NCBI GenBank assembly: GCA_003213715.1
Contig: QCMN01000004.1
Span: forward strand, 2,161 to 66,160
Length of the DNA stretch: 64,000 bases
Origin: Pelagibacteraceae bacterium AG-422-B15
GTDB lineage: Bacteria; Pseudomonadota; Alphaproteobacteria; Pelagibacterales; AG-422-B15
Direction of reading: 5' to 3'
The translations under genes and the position numbers were made by a program. Shown in pieces: positions 36,783-47,087 of the stretch. The notes under the pieces are model-generated. The model saw only the letters and a list, made by a program, of their open reading frames with translations, did no database searches and had not been told where the DNA came from. Each line of letters opens with the position of its first letter. Position 1 is the first letter of the stretch.

Positions 36783-37898
36783 ATGAGTGAAAATAAAATT
36801 GTTACTTTAGCAGAAGATGAACCATTAAATTTGGATGGAGGTGGAAGTTTATCTAAATTTAAAACTGCATATACAACATATGGCAAACTTAACGATAAAA
36901 AAAATAATTCAATCTTAGTTTGTCATGCCTTGACTGGCGATCAATATGTGGCAAGTGATCATCCCATTACAAAAAAAAATGGCTGGTGGTCGATGGTTGT
37001 AGGGCCCGATAAACCAATTGATACGAACAAGTTCTTCGTCATTTGCCCTAATGTTATTGGTGGGTGCATGGGATCAACGGGTCCAAAAGAAATAAATCCT
37101 GAAAACGGTAAAGAATTCGCGACTGATTTTCCTGTAATTACAATTGCAGATATGGTCAGAGCTCAAAAATTATTAATTGATTATTTGGGAATTGAGAAAA
37201 TATTCTGTGTTACTGGCGGATCGATGGGGGGCATGTTGGTACTCGAATGGCTTTCAAAGTTTCCTGAAATGGTACATTCAGCAGTTCCTATTGCAACTGC
37301 AACAAACCATTCGGCTCAAAACATTGCATTAAATGAGCTTGCAAGGCAGTCCATAATGGCTGATCCAAACTGGCAATCAGGAAATTACTATCATTCTGAT
37401 AAAAAACCCATGAAAGGGCTTTCAGTAGCTAGAATGGCAGCACATATTTCATATCTATCTAAAGAAGCTCTACAAAGTAAGTTTGGAAGAAATCTCCAAG
37501 ATAAAAATAGCTTGGATTATTCTTTTGATGCCGATTTTCAAATTGAAAGTTACTTAAGACATCAAGGATTTACTTTTGTTGATCGCTTTGATGCAAACAG
37601 CTATCTGTATATCACTCGAGCAATGGATTATTTTGATGTTTCCTCAGCAAATAATGGCTCCTTAATAGAGGCCTTTAAAAATACGCAATCTAAAATTCTT
37701 TGTGTGTCATTTACCAGTGATTGGCTATACCCAACATCTGAAAACAAAAAAATTGTAAAAGTTTTCAATTCTCTTGGGCTTAATGTCAGTTTTATTGAAA
37801 TTGAAACTGAAAACGGTCATGACTCATTCCTATTGGATGAACCAAAGTTTTTTGAGGCGATAAAAGGATTCATTAATTCAACATTTGAAAATTTATGA
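36783..37898 (+). CDS. metX: Homoserine O-acetyltransferase
   Basis: Start moved to the ATG at 36783 (MSENKIV...) because the track TTG at 36753 lies inside the terminator hairpin. Alpha/beta hydrolase with GGSMGGM. metW follows with an ATGA overlap. Confidence 0.92.
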   Translation: MSENKIVTLAEDEPLNLDGGGSLSKFKTAYTTYGKLNDKKNNSILVCHALTGDQYVASDHPITKKNGWWSMVVGPDKPIDTNKFFVICPNVIGGCMGSTGPKEINPENGKEFATDFPVITIADMVRAQKLLIDYLGIEKIFCVTGGSMGGMLVLEWLSKFPEMVHSAVPIATATNHSAQNIALNELARQSIMADPNWQSGNYYHSDKKPMKGLSVARMAAHISYLSKEALQSKFGRNLQDKNSLDYSFDADFQIESYLRHQGFTFVDRFDANSYLYITRAMDYFDVSSANNGSLIEAFKNTQSKILCVSFTSDWLYPTSENKKIVKVFNSLGLNVSFIEIETENGHDSFLLDEPKFFEAIKGFINSTFENL

Positions 37899-38506
37899 GC
37901 TTAATAAACGAGAACAAAGATTTTGGTGTAATTGCTGAGCTAATTCCTAACAATGCTTCTGTTATTGATGTTGGGTGCAATGATGGGTCTTTGTTGGAGT
38001 ATTTGAGAGAGTATAAAAATATTGATGGTCGCGGGATGGAAATTGATCAAAAAAAGGTTCAGCTTTGTTTAGCCAAAGGCATTTCAGTAATTGAAGGAGA
38101 TGCAGATACTGATTTGTATGATTATCCAGATAAGTTATTTGATTATTCAATACTTACTTACACTTTACAAGCTACAAAAAGTCCTAAAACAGTAATGCAG
38201 CAATTGGTTAGAATTTCTAAAAAAGCAATTATATCCTTTCCGAATTTTGGCCACTGGAAGATTGGGGCTAGTTTATTGTTGAATAGAAAAATGCCAGTAA
38301 GCAAGAAACTAAGTTATTCATGGCATGAAACTCCAAATCTACATTTTTGTACAATTAATGATTTTATTGATTTATGTGAGGAGTTAGAAATCAAAATTGA
38401 AAAGAAAGGTGATCTTTCTAATAAAAAACTTTCCAATTTTAGTGGAAAAAATTTTCTTGATAGCTACTTTAATGAAGTCGGACTTTTTTTAGTTTCAAAG
38501 GATTAA
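37895..38506 (+). CDS. metW: Methionine biosynthesis protein MetW
   Basis: 203 aa. Methyltransferase-like DVGCNDGSLL. Canonical metX-metW pair. Confidence 0.88.
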   Translation: MSLINENKDFGVIAELIPNNASVIDVGCNDGSLLEYLREYKNIDGRGMEIDQKKVQLCLAKGISVIEGDADTDLYDYPDKLFDYSILTYTLQATKSPKTVMQQLVRISKKAIISFPNFGHWKIGASLLLNRKMPVSKKLSYSWHETPNLHFCTINDFIDLCEELEIKIEKKGDLSNKKLSNFSGKNFLDSYFNEVGLFLVSKD

Positions 38507-38508
38507 AT

Positions 38509-39267
38509 ATGAATGAAATACTTATTGTTAAATGCTTAAGCGATAATTATGCTTATATATACTCAAATAAAAATGGGGATGCATTTGTTGTTGATCCTTC
38601 TGAAGCAGGTCCTGTAATTGATGTTCTAAATAAACACAAACTTAATTTAAAATTCATACTTAATACTCATCATCATTTTGATCATGTAGGAGGAAATTTT
38701 GAACTCAAAGAAAAGTATGGATGCAAAATAGTTGGCAGCAAAAAAGATTTTGAGAGAATACCAGGAATTGATATACAAGTTTCAGAGGGTGATATTTGGA
38801 ATTTTGATGAACACAATGCTCAGATAATTGAAATACCTGGGCATACTACGGGCCACATCGCTTTTTATTTTGAATCCCTAAAACTTGTTTTTACTGGTGA
38901 CACGCTATTTTCACTTGGATGTGGTAGACTTTTTGAAGGTTCACCAGAAATGATGTGGAAATCTCTTACAAAACTAAGGGATCTACCTGATGAAACAAAA
39001 ATTTACTGTGGCCATGAATATACTTTAAGTAATGGAAGTTTTATAAGCTCTATTTACCCGTCGGATGAAATAGAATCAAAAATGGATCGTCTGAAAAGCC
39101 TAGATAAACAAAACATACCATCTATTCCATCAACAATTGGGGATGAAAAGAGATTAAATATTTTCTTAAAGGCAGATGATGAAGATTTGATCAACTCTCT
39201 GGGGCTTACGGGTAAAAGTCCAGAAGAAGTATTCGGTCATATAAGAAATCTCAAAGATTCCTTTTAA
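38509..39267 (+). CDS. gloB: Hydroxyacylglutathione hydrolase (glyoxalase II)
   Basis: 252 aa. Metallo-beta-lactamase motif THHHFDHVGGN, GHTTGHI, and a C-terminal HAGH domain. Confidence 0.88.
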   Translation: MNEILIVKCLSDNYAYIYSNKNGDAFVVDPSEAGPVIDVLNKHKLNLKFILNTHHHFDHVGGNFELKEKYGCKIVGSKKDFERIPGIDIQVSEGDIWNFDEHNAQIIEIPGHTTGHIAFYFESLKLVFTGDTLFSLGCGRLFEGSPEMMWKSLTKLRDLPDETKIYCGHEYTLSNGSFISSIYPSDEIESKMDRLKSLDKQNIPSIPSTIGDEKRLNIFLKADDEDLINSLGLTGKSPEEVFGHIRNLKDSF

Positions 39268-39986
39268 GTAAAATATTGTCCACCGTTTGCAGATATCGTA
39301 GAACCTGTTATAAAGCCCGCTTCATCACTAGCAAGGAATGTAACTATTCGTGAAACCTCATCAACTGTTCCAAGTCTTCCTACAGGAATTTTTCCAATTA
39401 AACTTTTCATAAAATCCTCGGAGGCATCCGCTAGAATTTCAGTATCGATATAGCCAGGTGCAATAGCGTTAACTGTAATATTCTTTCTAGCAGTTTCTTG
39501 CGCTAATGCTTTGGTAAAACCTAATAAACCAGCTTTTGCCGCACTATAATTTATTAGACCCATCTCACCTTTTTGACCGTTAATAGAAGAAATGCTGATT
39601 ATTCTTCCAAAAGATTTTTCTCTCATGCCTTCAAGTACACATCTTGTCATATAAAAAACTGAATCTAAGTCAGTTCTTATTACATCATCCCATTGTTCAA
39701 CTGACATTTTATGAGCCATTGAGGCTTTGGAAATGCCTGCATTATTCACTAAAATGTCAACAGTGCCCAGCTTATCAGCAACTTGCTTTACGCCAGCTTC
39801 ACATGCAGCTGCATCAGCAACATTCCATTGAAATACCTCAATACCGTTTTCGGATGAAAACTTATTTGCTGCATCTGAATTTGAACTATAGGTTGCAGCA
39901 ACATTGCACCCCTCCTTTTTTAAAGCAAGAGATATTGCAGCACCTATTCCTCTTGTTCCTCCAGTTACTAATGCTACTTTAGACAT
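39264..39986 (-). CDS. phaB: Acetoacetyl-CoA reductase (SDR)
   Basis: 240 aa. VALVTGGTRGIG, YSAAKAG. GGAG SD 9 nt after the phaA stop. Confidence 0.88.
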   Translation of the reverse strand: MSKVALVTGGTRGIGAAISLALKKEGCNVAATYSSNSDAANKFSSENGIEVFQWNVADAAACEAGVKQVADKLGTVDILVNNAGISKASMAHKMSVEQWDDVIRTDLDSVFYMTRCVLEGMREKSFGRIISISSINGQKGEMGLINYSAAKAGLLGFTKALAQETARKNITVNAIAPGYIDTEILADASEDFMKSLIGKIPVGRLGTVDEVSRIVTFLASDEAGFITGSTISANGGQYFT

Positions 39987-39995
39987 AATTTTCTC

Positions 39996-41168
39996 CTATC
40001 GTTCGACGCACAAAGCGACACCCATGCCGCCGCCAATGCATAATGTGGCAAGTCCTTTTTTAGCGTCCTGTCTTTTCATTTGATTTAATAATGTTACAAG
40101 AATTCTAGCTCCTGACGCACCAATTGGATGTCCTATGGCAATCGCTCCCCCGTTAACATTAACTTTTGAAACATCCCATCCCATTTCTTTATTTACTGCA
40201 CAAGATTGAGCGGCAAATGCTTCATTTGACTCAATTAAATCTAAATCAGAAACATCCCAACCTGCTTTATCAAGAGCTTTTCTGCTTGCAGGTATAGGTC
40301 CTGTACCCATCACAGATGGATCAACCCCAGCACTTGACCACGATACAATTCTTGCCATAGGCTCAAGGTTTCTTTTTTTCATTTCATCTGAGGACATTAC
40401 TGCCAAAGCAGCTGCGCCATCGTTTATACCACTTGCATTTGCCGCTGTAACTGTTCCCTCTTTTGCAAATGCAGGTCTTAAAGATGAAATTTTTTCTAAT
40501 TGAACATTGTCTTTAATATATTCATCACTATCAAAAACTACTGTCTCTTTTCTTGATGGGACTTCAACTGGAACAATTTCATCCTTAAATACTCCATCTG
40601 CTTTAGCTTTACTTGCTTTCTGTTGTGAGTTAAAAGCAAATTCATCTTGTTGATCTCTAGTAATTTGCCATTGTTGTGCAACATTTTCAGCAGTTGTTCC
40701 CATGTGATATCCATTAAAAGCATCCCACAAACCATCTTTGATCATTGAGTCGATCATCTTATCATCGCCCATTTTGGTACCATTTCTTAGGTGCATACAG
40801 TGCGGAGATTGACTCATACTTTCTTGTCCACCAGCAATAATAATATTTGCATCGCCATTCATTATAGATTGGTAGGCCAAAGCAACACTTCGTAAGCCAG
40901 ATCCACAAACTTGATTAACTAGCCATGCTGGGGTTTCTTTATTTAAACCAGCATTTATTGATGCTTGTCTAGCAGGGTTTTGACCGGTTGCTGCAGTTAG
41001 TACTTGTCCAAGTATCACCTCATCTACATCACCACCTTCAATGCCTGATCTATTAAGTGTTTCTTTTATAACTATTGTGCCTAAATCGTGTGCTGGCATA
41101 CCCGATAAAGATCCATTAAAAGAACCAACGGCTGTTCTAACGGCAGATGTAATAAATACTTCACTCAT
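39996..41168 (-). CDS. phaA: Acetyl-CoA acetyltransferase (biosynthetic thiolase)
   Basis: 390 aa. Active-site regions VNQVCGSGLRSV, NEAFAAQ, and C-terminal GGAIAIGHPIGASGAR...LCIGGGMGVA. Confidence 0.92.
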   Translation of the reverse strand: MSEVFITSAVRTAVGSFNGSLSGMPAHDLGTIVIKETLNRSGIEGGDVDEVILGQVLTAATGQNPARQASINAGLNKETPAWLVNQVCGSGLRSVALAYQSIMNGDANIIIAGGQESMSQSPHCMHLRNGTKMGDDKMIDSMIKDGLWDAFNGYHMGTTAENVAQQWQITRDQQDEFAFNSQQKASKAKADGVFKDEIVPVEVPSRKETVVFDSDEYIKDNVQLEKISSLRPAFAKEGTVTAANASGINDGAAALAVMSSDEMKKRNLEPMARIVSWSSAGVDPSVMGTGPIPASRKALDKAGWDVSDLDLIESNEAFAAQSCAVNKEMGWDVSKVNVNGGAIAIGHPIGASGARILVTLLNQMKRQDAKKGLATLCIGGGMGVALCVER

Positions 41169-41180
41169 AACTTTCCCTTT

Positions 41181-41900
41181 TTATTCGCCAATTATTGGCA
41201 ATTTTTGTGCTCTGGAGGCATCAAGATAACTTGCGGAGTGAATTTTGCAACTATTATTTAGGCTGATAACTAGTGGATTTGCAGTTGGTATTTCTAAGCT
41301 TGTTATGTCTTCATCAGATACGTCAAACAAGTACTTACATAGAGCTCTTAAGCTGTTTCCATGTGCTGAAATAATAGTGGTATTTTTTAGTACTAAAGGT
41401 TTTATAGAATTTTCCCAGTAAGGAATTACTCTCGCATACGTATCTTCTAAACATTCCGTTAGGGGCAAATTATTTATTCCTTTATATAAATCGTCTTTAT
41501 TAGGATTCATTTCACTATCAATTGGTAGTGCAGGTGGTGGTGTGCTGTAACCTCTCCTCCATTTTAAAAACTGATCTTCACCATATTTTTTTTTAACTTC
41601 ATCTTTGTTTAATCCTTGCAGTGCTCCATAGTGTCTTTCATTTAATTCCCAGGCAGTTTCTGTGTGAAGATTATATATATTTAATTCCTCAAGAATTATT
41701 TGAAGCGTATTTTGTGCCCTTTTTAAAAATGATGTAAATGCGAATGAAGGAACTATTTCAGCTTCTTTGAGTAACAATGCTGACTTTAATGCCTCTTTTT
41801 TTCCTAAATCGTCTAATTCTACATCAACCCATCCGGTAAAAATATTTTTTACGTTCCAAACACTTTTACCATGTCTGATTAATATCAGAGTATTAGACAT
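41181..41900 (-). CDS. gpmA: 2,3-bisphosphoglycerate-dependent phosphoglycerate mutase
   Basis: 239 aa. LIRHGKSVWNVKNIFTGWVDV, LNERHYGALQGLNK, AHGNSLRAL. Collinear with E. coli GpmA hallmark blocks. Confidence 0.9.
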   Translation of the reverse strand: MSNTLILIRHGKSVWNVKNIFTGWVDVELDDLGKKEALKSALLLKEAEIVPSFAFTSFLKRAQNTLQIILEELNIYNLHTETAWELNERHYGALQGLNKDEVKKKYGEDQFLKWRRGYSTPPPALPIDSEMNPNKDDLYKGINNLPLTECLEDTYARVIPYWENSIKPLVLKNTTIISAHGNSLRALCKYLFDVSDEDITSLEIPTANPLVISLNNSCKIHSASYLDASRAQKLPIIGE

Positions 41901-42842
41901 TTATTTGTTTACTTGGTTAACTACATTATTATTTAAAAGATAATCGACCATTTGCTCTGCAATTTGTATAGCAACTTTTTCTTGCGCCTCTGCAGTACTG
42001 GCGCCGATGTGAGGTGTCATTACAACTTTTTTCATACCTGAGAATATACTATCAGTTTGTGGCTCTTTCTCGTAAACATCGCAGCCATATCCTCCTAAAC
42101 CATTTTGATCAATTGCATTCTTAACATCATTTTCATTTACAATTCCACCTCTCGCACAATTAATAATAATTGCTGTTTTTTTAATTATTTTAAGAGTGTC
42201 TTTATTAATCATATATTTTGATTTATCTGATAGTTTATTATGAAAAGTTATAATATCTGAGTGTAACAAAATTTCTTCAAAAGATACTTTTTCAACTTTA
42301 TATTTTTTTTGTTCTGTATCACTTAATGAAGCACTATGAACAAGAACATTCATTCCATATGCGTGTGATATTTCAGAAATTTTTTTTCCTATATTCCCAA
42401 ATCCTACGATGCCAATAGTTTTGCCCAACATCTCAGATCCAATGAAATTCTTTTTCTCCCATTTTTTACTGTGCATTGACTCATTTGCCTCTGTAATTTT
42501 TCTCATTAATGCATGTATAATAGAAAATGTAAGTTCGGCAGTTGCTTGAACATTTCCAAGAGGAGTGTTCATGACTACGATGTTATTTTTGGTAGCTGAG
42601 TCAAGGTCAACATTGTCAACCCCTACGCCTGGCCTACCAATAACTCTCAGATTTTTAGCGCTGCTTATTATTTTGTCAGTTACAGTGACTGCTGATCTAA
42701 TTACTAACCCGGCGTAATCTACGATTTCTCTTGAAAGCTCGTCTTCACTAAGACCTGTTTTCTGAACATATTCAATGTTATTTTCATCAAATACTTTAAA
42801 AACAGCGTCAGAAACATTATCGGCAATAAGTACTTTATTCAC
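41901..42842 (-). CDS. serA: D-3-phosphoglycerate dehydrogenase, short form without ACT domain (D-2-hydroxyacid dehydrogenase family)
   Basis: 313 aa. NAD motif GIVGFGNIGKK, and the catalytic R/E/H pattern (CARGGIV...TPHIGAST). GTG start overlapping the serC stop (GTGA). Confidence 0.75.
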   Translation of the reverse strand: MNKVLIADNVSDAVFKVFDENNIEYVQKTGLSEDELSREIVDYAGLVIRSAVTVTDKIISSAKNLRVIGRPGVGVDNVDLDSATKNNIVVMNTPLGNVQATAELTFSIIHALMRKITEANESMHSKKWEKKNFIGSEMLGKTIGIVGFGNIGKKISEISHAYGMNVLVHSASLSDTEQKKYKVEKVSFEEILLHSDIITFHNKLSDKSKYMINKDTLKIIKKTAIIINCARGGIVNENDVKNAIDQNGLGGYGCDVYEKEPQTDSIFSGMKKVVMTPHIGASTAEAQEKVAIQIAEQMVDYLLNNNVVNQVNK

Positions 42843-43999
42843 TTTTTAAAGGCTTCTTTAGTTGTTAAATAAGCCCAGTCAATCCAAGGTAGAACAAGTT
42901 CAACATTTTTATTTTCAACTGTTGAACCGCCCCATATTCTAATTCCCGGTGGCGCCGTTTTATAGGAGTTTAGATCATATCCTGCTTCATTGCTTTCAAG
43001 CAATGAACAAACTTCCTTCATAAAATTTACTTTGTCTTCGTCATTAAGAGTTTTAAACCACTCATCCTTTGGAAGTATACAAATTGAAGTACAAGATCTG
43101 GTCTCTGGATCTTTAGCTAAAAATTCAAAATTATCATGCTTATCAATCCAATTATTAACTAATTTTAAATTTGTTTCTGATATATCAATTAATTTATTTA
43201 AACCGCCTAACTCTAATCCCCAGTTAAGGGAATTTAATACATCTTCAACACTGATCATGGATGGAGTGTTTATTGTTGCTCCAGAAAATATTCCTGAAAT
43301 TAATTTTTGATTATTTGCTAGACGAAATATTTTTGGGATGGGCCATGGTGGAGTGAAAGTTTCAAGTCGTTCAACTGCACGAGGGGATAAAATCAACATA
43401 CCATGAGCAGCTTCACTTCCTAAAACTTTTTGCCATGAGTAAGTAATAACATCTAATTTATGCCAATCCATTTGCATTGAAAAAACTGCTGATGTGGCAT
43501 CACATATTGTTAATCCTTTTCTTTTATCACTTATCCAATCAGTATTTTTTATTCTTACACCTGCGGTAGTACCATTCCATGTAAAAACAATATCGTTGTC
43601 AGGATTGCTATCAGAAAAATCAGGAAGTTCACCATATTCTGCTTTAATTAACTTTTTATCTTTTAGAGGCAGTTGTTCTCCTGCGTCTATATTCCAGTCA
43701 TGACCAAAATTTTCCCATGAATAAACTTCAACTCCTCTTTGACCAAGCATACACCACATAGCCATTTCAACAGCGCCAGTGTCAGAAGCTGGAACAATAC
43801 CAATTAAGTAGTCATCAGGAATTTCCAACAGTTGTCTTGACTTATCAATTACCTCTTGAAGTTTTTTAACAGCTGCACCAGATCTGTGAGACCTTGAAAG
43901 AGCTGCATTTTTTAAATTATCAAACGACCATCCAGGAGGTTTGGCGCAGGGACCGGATGAAAAATAAGGATAATGAGGCTTCTGAGCAGGCTTTTCCAT
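42839..43999 (-). CDS. serC: Phosphoserine aminotransferase
   Basis: Start moved to the ATG at 43999 (MEKPAQKPHYPYFSSGPCAKPPGW...) because the track extension to 44077 overlaps the DUF1015 gene. Alphaproteobacterial-type SerC N-terminus. Confidence 0.85.
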   Translation of the reverse strand: MEKPAQKPHYPYFSSGPCAKPPGWSFDNLKNAALSRSHRSGAAVKKLQEVIDKSRQLLEIPDDYLIGIVPASDTGAVEMAMWCMLGQRGVEVYSWENFGHDWNIDAGEQLPLKDKKLIKAEYGELPDFSDSNPDNDIVFTWNGTTAGVRIKNTDWISDKRKGLTICDATSAVFSMQMDWHKLDVITYSWQKVLGSEAAHGMLILSPRAVERLETFTPPWPIPKIFRLANNQKLISGIFSGATINTPSMISVEDVLNSLNWGLELGGLNKLIDISETNLKLVNNWIDKHDNFEFLAKDPETRSCTSICILPKDEWFKTLNDEDKVNFMKEVCSLLESNEAGYDLNSYKTAPPGIRIWGGSTVENKNVELVLPWIDWAYLTTKEAFKK

Positions 44000-44003
44000 T
44001 AAA

Positions 44004-45218
44004 TTAAATATCCATAAGCAAATTAACCAAGCCATCAGCAGGCTTCGGATCAAAGTAAGTTGACTTTTTAGGGACAATCTTACCTTTGTCTGCGATGGAC
44101 ATTATCTTTTTCATCGGTAAAGGGCAAATAAAAAATCCTATATCTGCCACACCTTTATCCACTTCATTTGCTAACTTTTTATGATCAAATTTACCAGGAA
44201 TATTCGACAAATTTACTAAAGAACAATTACATTGTTTTTTAATGATACTATTTATCATTATTTTCTCAACTATGTCAGTGTCAGTTTCATATTTAGTATA
44301 GAGTTTTTTATTTGATGTGAGTGAAACATTGTACCAAGTTTTATTTAAATATATCATCACACTGCCTGGGTCACACGGATTTTTAAATTTTAATTTTTTT
44401 TCTAGCTTAAATTTTTTCTTTAAGGCCTGAATTATTTTTTGTTGATTAAAATTTCTAAATTTAGCTAGTCGATGAAAGCTCAATATATTAACAGAATGCT
44501 CATCAAATATTGCCGCAAGAAGGTTTATTTTTTCTTTTTTAATTTTATTAATATTTTTCTTTTTATTTAAATTTTCAATTGCGGAGTACCTGTGATGCCC
44601 ATCAGCAATATAAAATTTTCGAATTTTTGATAATTTCTTTCTCAAAGATTGGATTTCATTTTTTTCACTTACTTTCCAAAGAGATCTAGTTGTACCGCCT
44701 GGCGACTTAAATTTATAAAGAGGTTTTTTTCTTTCGTATTTTTTAAAATCAATGGGTCTGCTATTTTGATTTTTATAGGATAAATAAACTGGACCTATTT
44801 GCATTTTTGTATGTTCAATTGTTTCCATGATAGAATTCGATCGTGCTTTAAATATTGCTTCATGTTTCAGAATTTTATTATTCCCTTCCTCGAACTCTAT
44901 TGATGCAACTATACCAAACTGCTTCTTATTATATTTATCTAAACAATATATATAAAAACATTCTTCCTTCTCCTGAAAAATAATATTATTCTTAATCATA
45001 GATTCTAAGTGCTCGTATGCGTGCTTTTTTGAATTTTTTTTGGTAATGTTAGGGTAAAATGCTTTTGGGCTTACTACGTTTAGGAAATTATATTCTGACT
45101 CTTTTAAAATTTTATTTAACTGTTTGTTCGTTAAATTATCAAAAGTTGGCAATACCACTTCCTCTACTCTTTTCTGTAAAGGCCTAAAGGCTTTGAATGG
45201 TTTTATTGATAAGGTCAT
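44004..45218 (-). CDS. DUF1015-family protein (unknown function)
   Basis: 404 aa. N-terminal IKPFKAFRP...VVLPTFD and the internal FYIADGHHRYSA motif, as I recall for DUF1015. Ends 4 nt before the serC start. Confidence 0.65.
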   Translation of the reverse strand: MTLSIKPFKAFRPLQKRVEEVVLPTFDNLTNKQLNKILKESEYNFLNVVSPKAFYPNITKKNSKKHAYEHLESMIKNNIIFQEKEECFYIYCLDKYNKKQFGIVASIEFEEGNNKILKHEAIFKARSNSIMETIEHTKMQIGPVYLSYKNQNSRPIDFKKYERKKPLYKFKSPGGTTRSLWKVSEKNEIQSLRKKLSKIRKFYIADGHHRYSAIENLNKKKNINKIKKEKINLLAAIFDEHSVNILSFHRLAKFRNFNQQKIIQALKKKFKLEKKLKFKNPCDPGSVMIYLNKTWYNVSLTSNKKLYTKYETDTDIVEKIMINSIIKKQCNCSLVNLSNIPGKFDHKKLANEVDKGVADIGFFICPLPMKKIMSIADKGKIVPKKSTYFDPKPADGLVNLLMDI

Positions 45219-45320
45219 ATTTATTTATTTGATAAAACGCTGATTAAGTAGGGTATTTATATGTATATTTTATGCATAAATCTCGCAGATTTTAAGTTTT
45301 TTTATCTGAAATTATGGCTA

Positions 45321-45348
45321 TTGACATAAGAAAAGTGACGTTTATATT
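45321..45348 (+). promoter_or_regulatory. Putative sigma70 promoter of rplU-rpmA
   Basis: TTGACA (45321..45326), 16-nt spacer, TATATT (45343..45348). Lies 36 nt upstream of the rplU ATG. Confidence 0.45.
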
Positions 45349-45383
45349 CAGGCCACTTTTAAAATCAAATAGTAATTTCTATT

Positions 45384-45818
45384 ATGTTTGCGATTATTTC
45401 AACTGGCGGAAAGCAGTATAAAGTTAGCGAAAACACTATGTTGAGTGTGAGCAAAATTGATGGCAAAGATGGTGATAAGATCACTATCGATGATGTCCTT
45501 TTCGCTTGTGATAAAGAACAATTTTCTGTGGGATCTCCACAAATCAGTGGCGCGAAAGTTAATGCTGAAATTGTTAAACAAGACAGAGATAGAAAAATTT
45601 TAGTATTTAAGAAGAAAAGAAGAAAAAACTATCGAAGGCTTAATGGTCACAGACAGGATATAACTTTTTTAAAAATTAATTCACTTGATATACCTGGATT
45701 CGCTTCAAAAAAAGCTGTGAAGAAAGCAAGTGATACCAAGTTAGAAACTGAAAAGAAAACAGTTACAAAAAAGAAAACTACAGTTAAAAAGAAAACTGTA
45801 AAAAAAAAGGATAGCTAA
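45384..45818 (+). CDS. rplU: 50S ribosomal protein L21 with lysine-rich C-terminal extension
   Basis: 144 aa. [14 protein letters not shown]..., plus a ~40-aa K/T/V-rich tail. Confidence 0.93.
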   Translation: MFAIISTGGKQYKVSENTMLSVSKIDGKDGDKITIDDVLFACDKEQFSVGSPQISGAKVNAEIVKQDRDRKILVFKKKRRKNYRRLNGHRQDITFLKINSLDIPGFASKKAVKKASDTKLETEKKTVTKKKTTVKKKTVKKKDS

Positions 45819-45820
45819 TA

Positions 45821-46078
45821 ATGGCAACTAAAAAAGCTGGCGGCTCATCGAGAAACGGAAGAGACTCAGCTGGAAGAAGATTGGGTATAAAGAAATACAG
45901 TGGTCAAACTGTAATACCTGGTAACATCATAGCTAGACAAAGGGGTACTAAATGGCACCCAGGTGATAATGTAGGCCTTGGAAAAGATCATACAATTTTT
46001 TCGCTTGTTGATGGCTTTGTAAAGTTTGGTAAGAAAAAAAACGGAAAAACATTTATTTCTGTTGTTCCCAAACAGTAA
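45821..46078 (+). CDS. rpmA: 50S ribosomal protein L27
   Basis: 85 aa. [21 protein letters not shown]...[10 protein letters not shown]. Confidence 0.95.
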   Translation: MATKKAGGSSRNGRDSAGRRLGIKKYSGQTVIPGNIIARQRGTKWHPGDNVGLGKDHTIFSLVDGFVKFGKKKNGKTFISVVPKQ

Positions 46079-46097
46079 ATCTAAATCTTTTTTCTAA

Positions 46098-47087
<990 letters not shown>

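Noticed and set aside
44000-44077. N-terminal 26-aa extension of serC overlapping the DUF1015 gene
   Set aside because: The conserved SerC N-terminus (KPHYPYFSSGPC) begins just after the Met at 43999. The extension would overlap the upstream gene by 74 nt.
45240-45285. dif-like sequence (…TATTTATATGTATATTTTATGCATAAAT…) upstream of rplU, considered because xerC is in the window
   Set aside because: Only the central TGTATA and a TTATG pentamer resemble the E. coli-type dif (GGTGCGCATAA-TGTATA-TTATGTTAAAT). Both 11-bp arms match poorly. Matches of this kind are expected by chance in AT-rich DNA.
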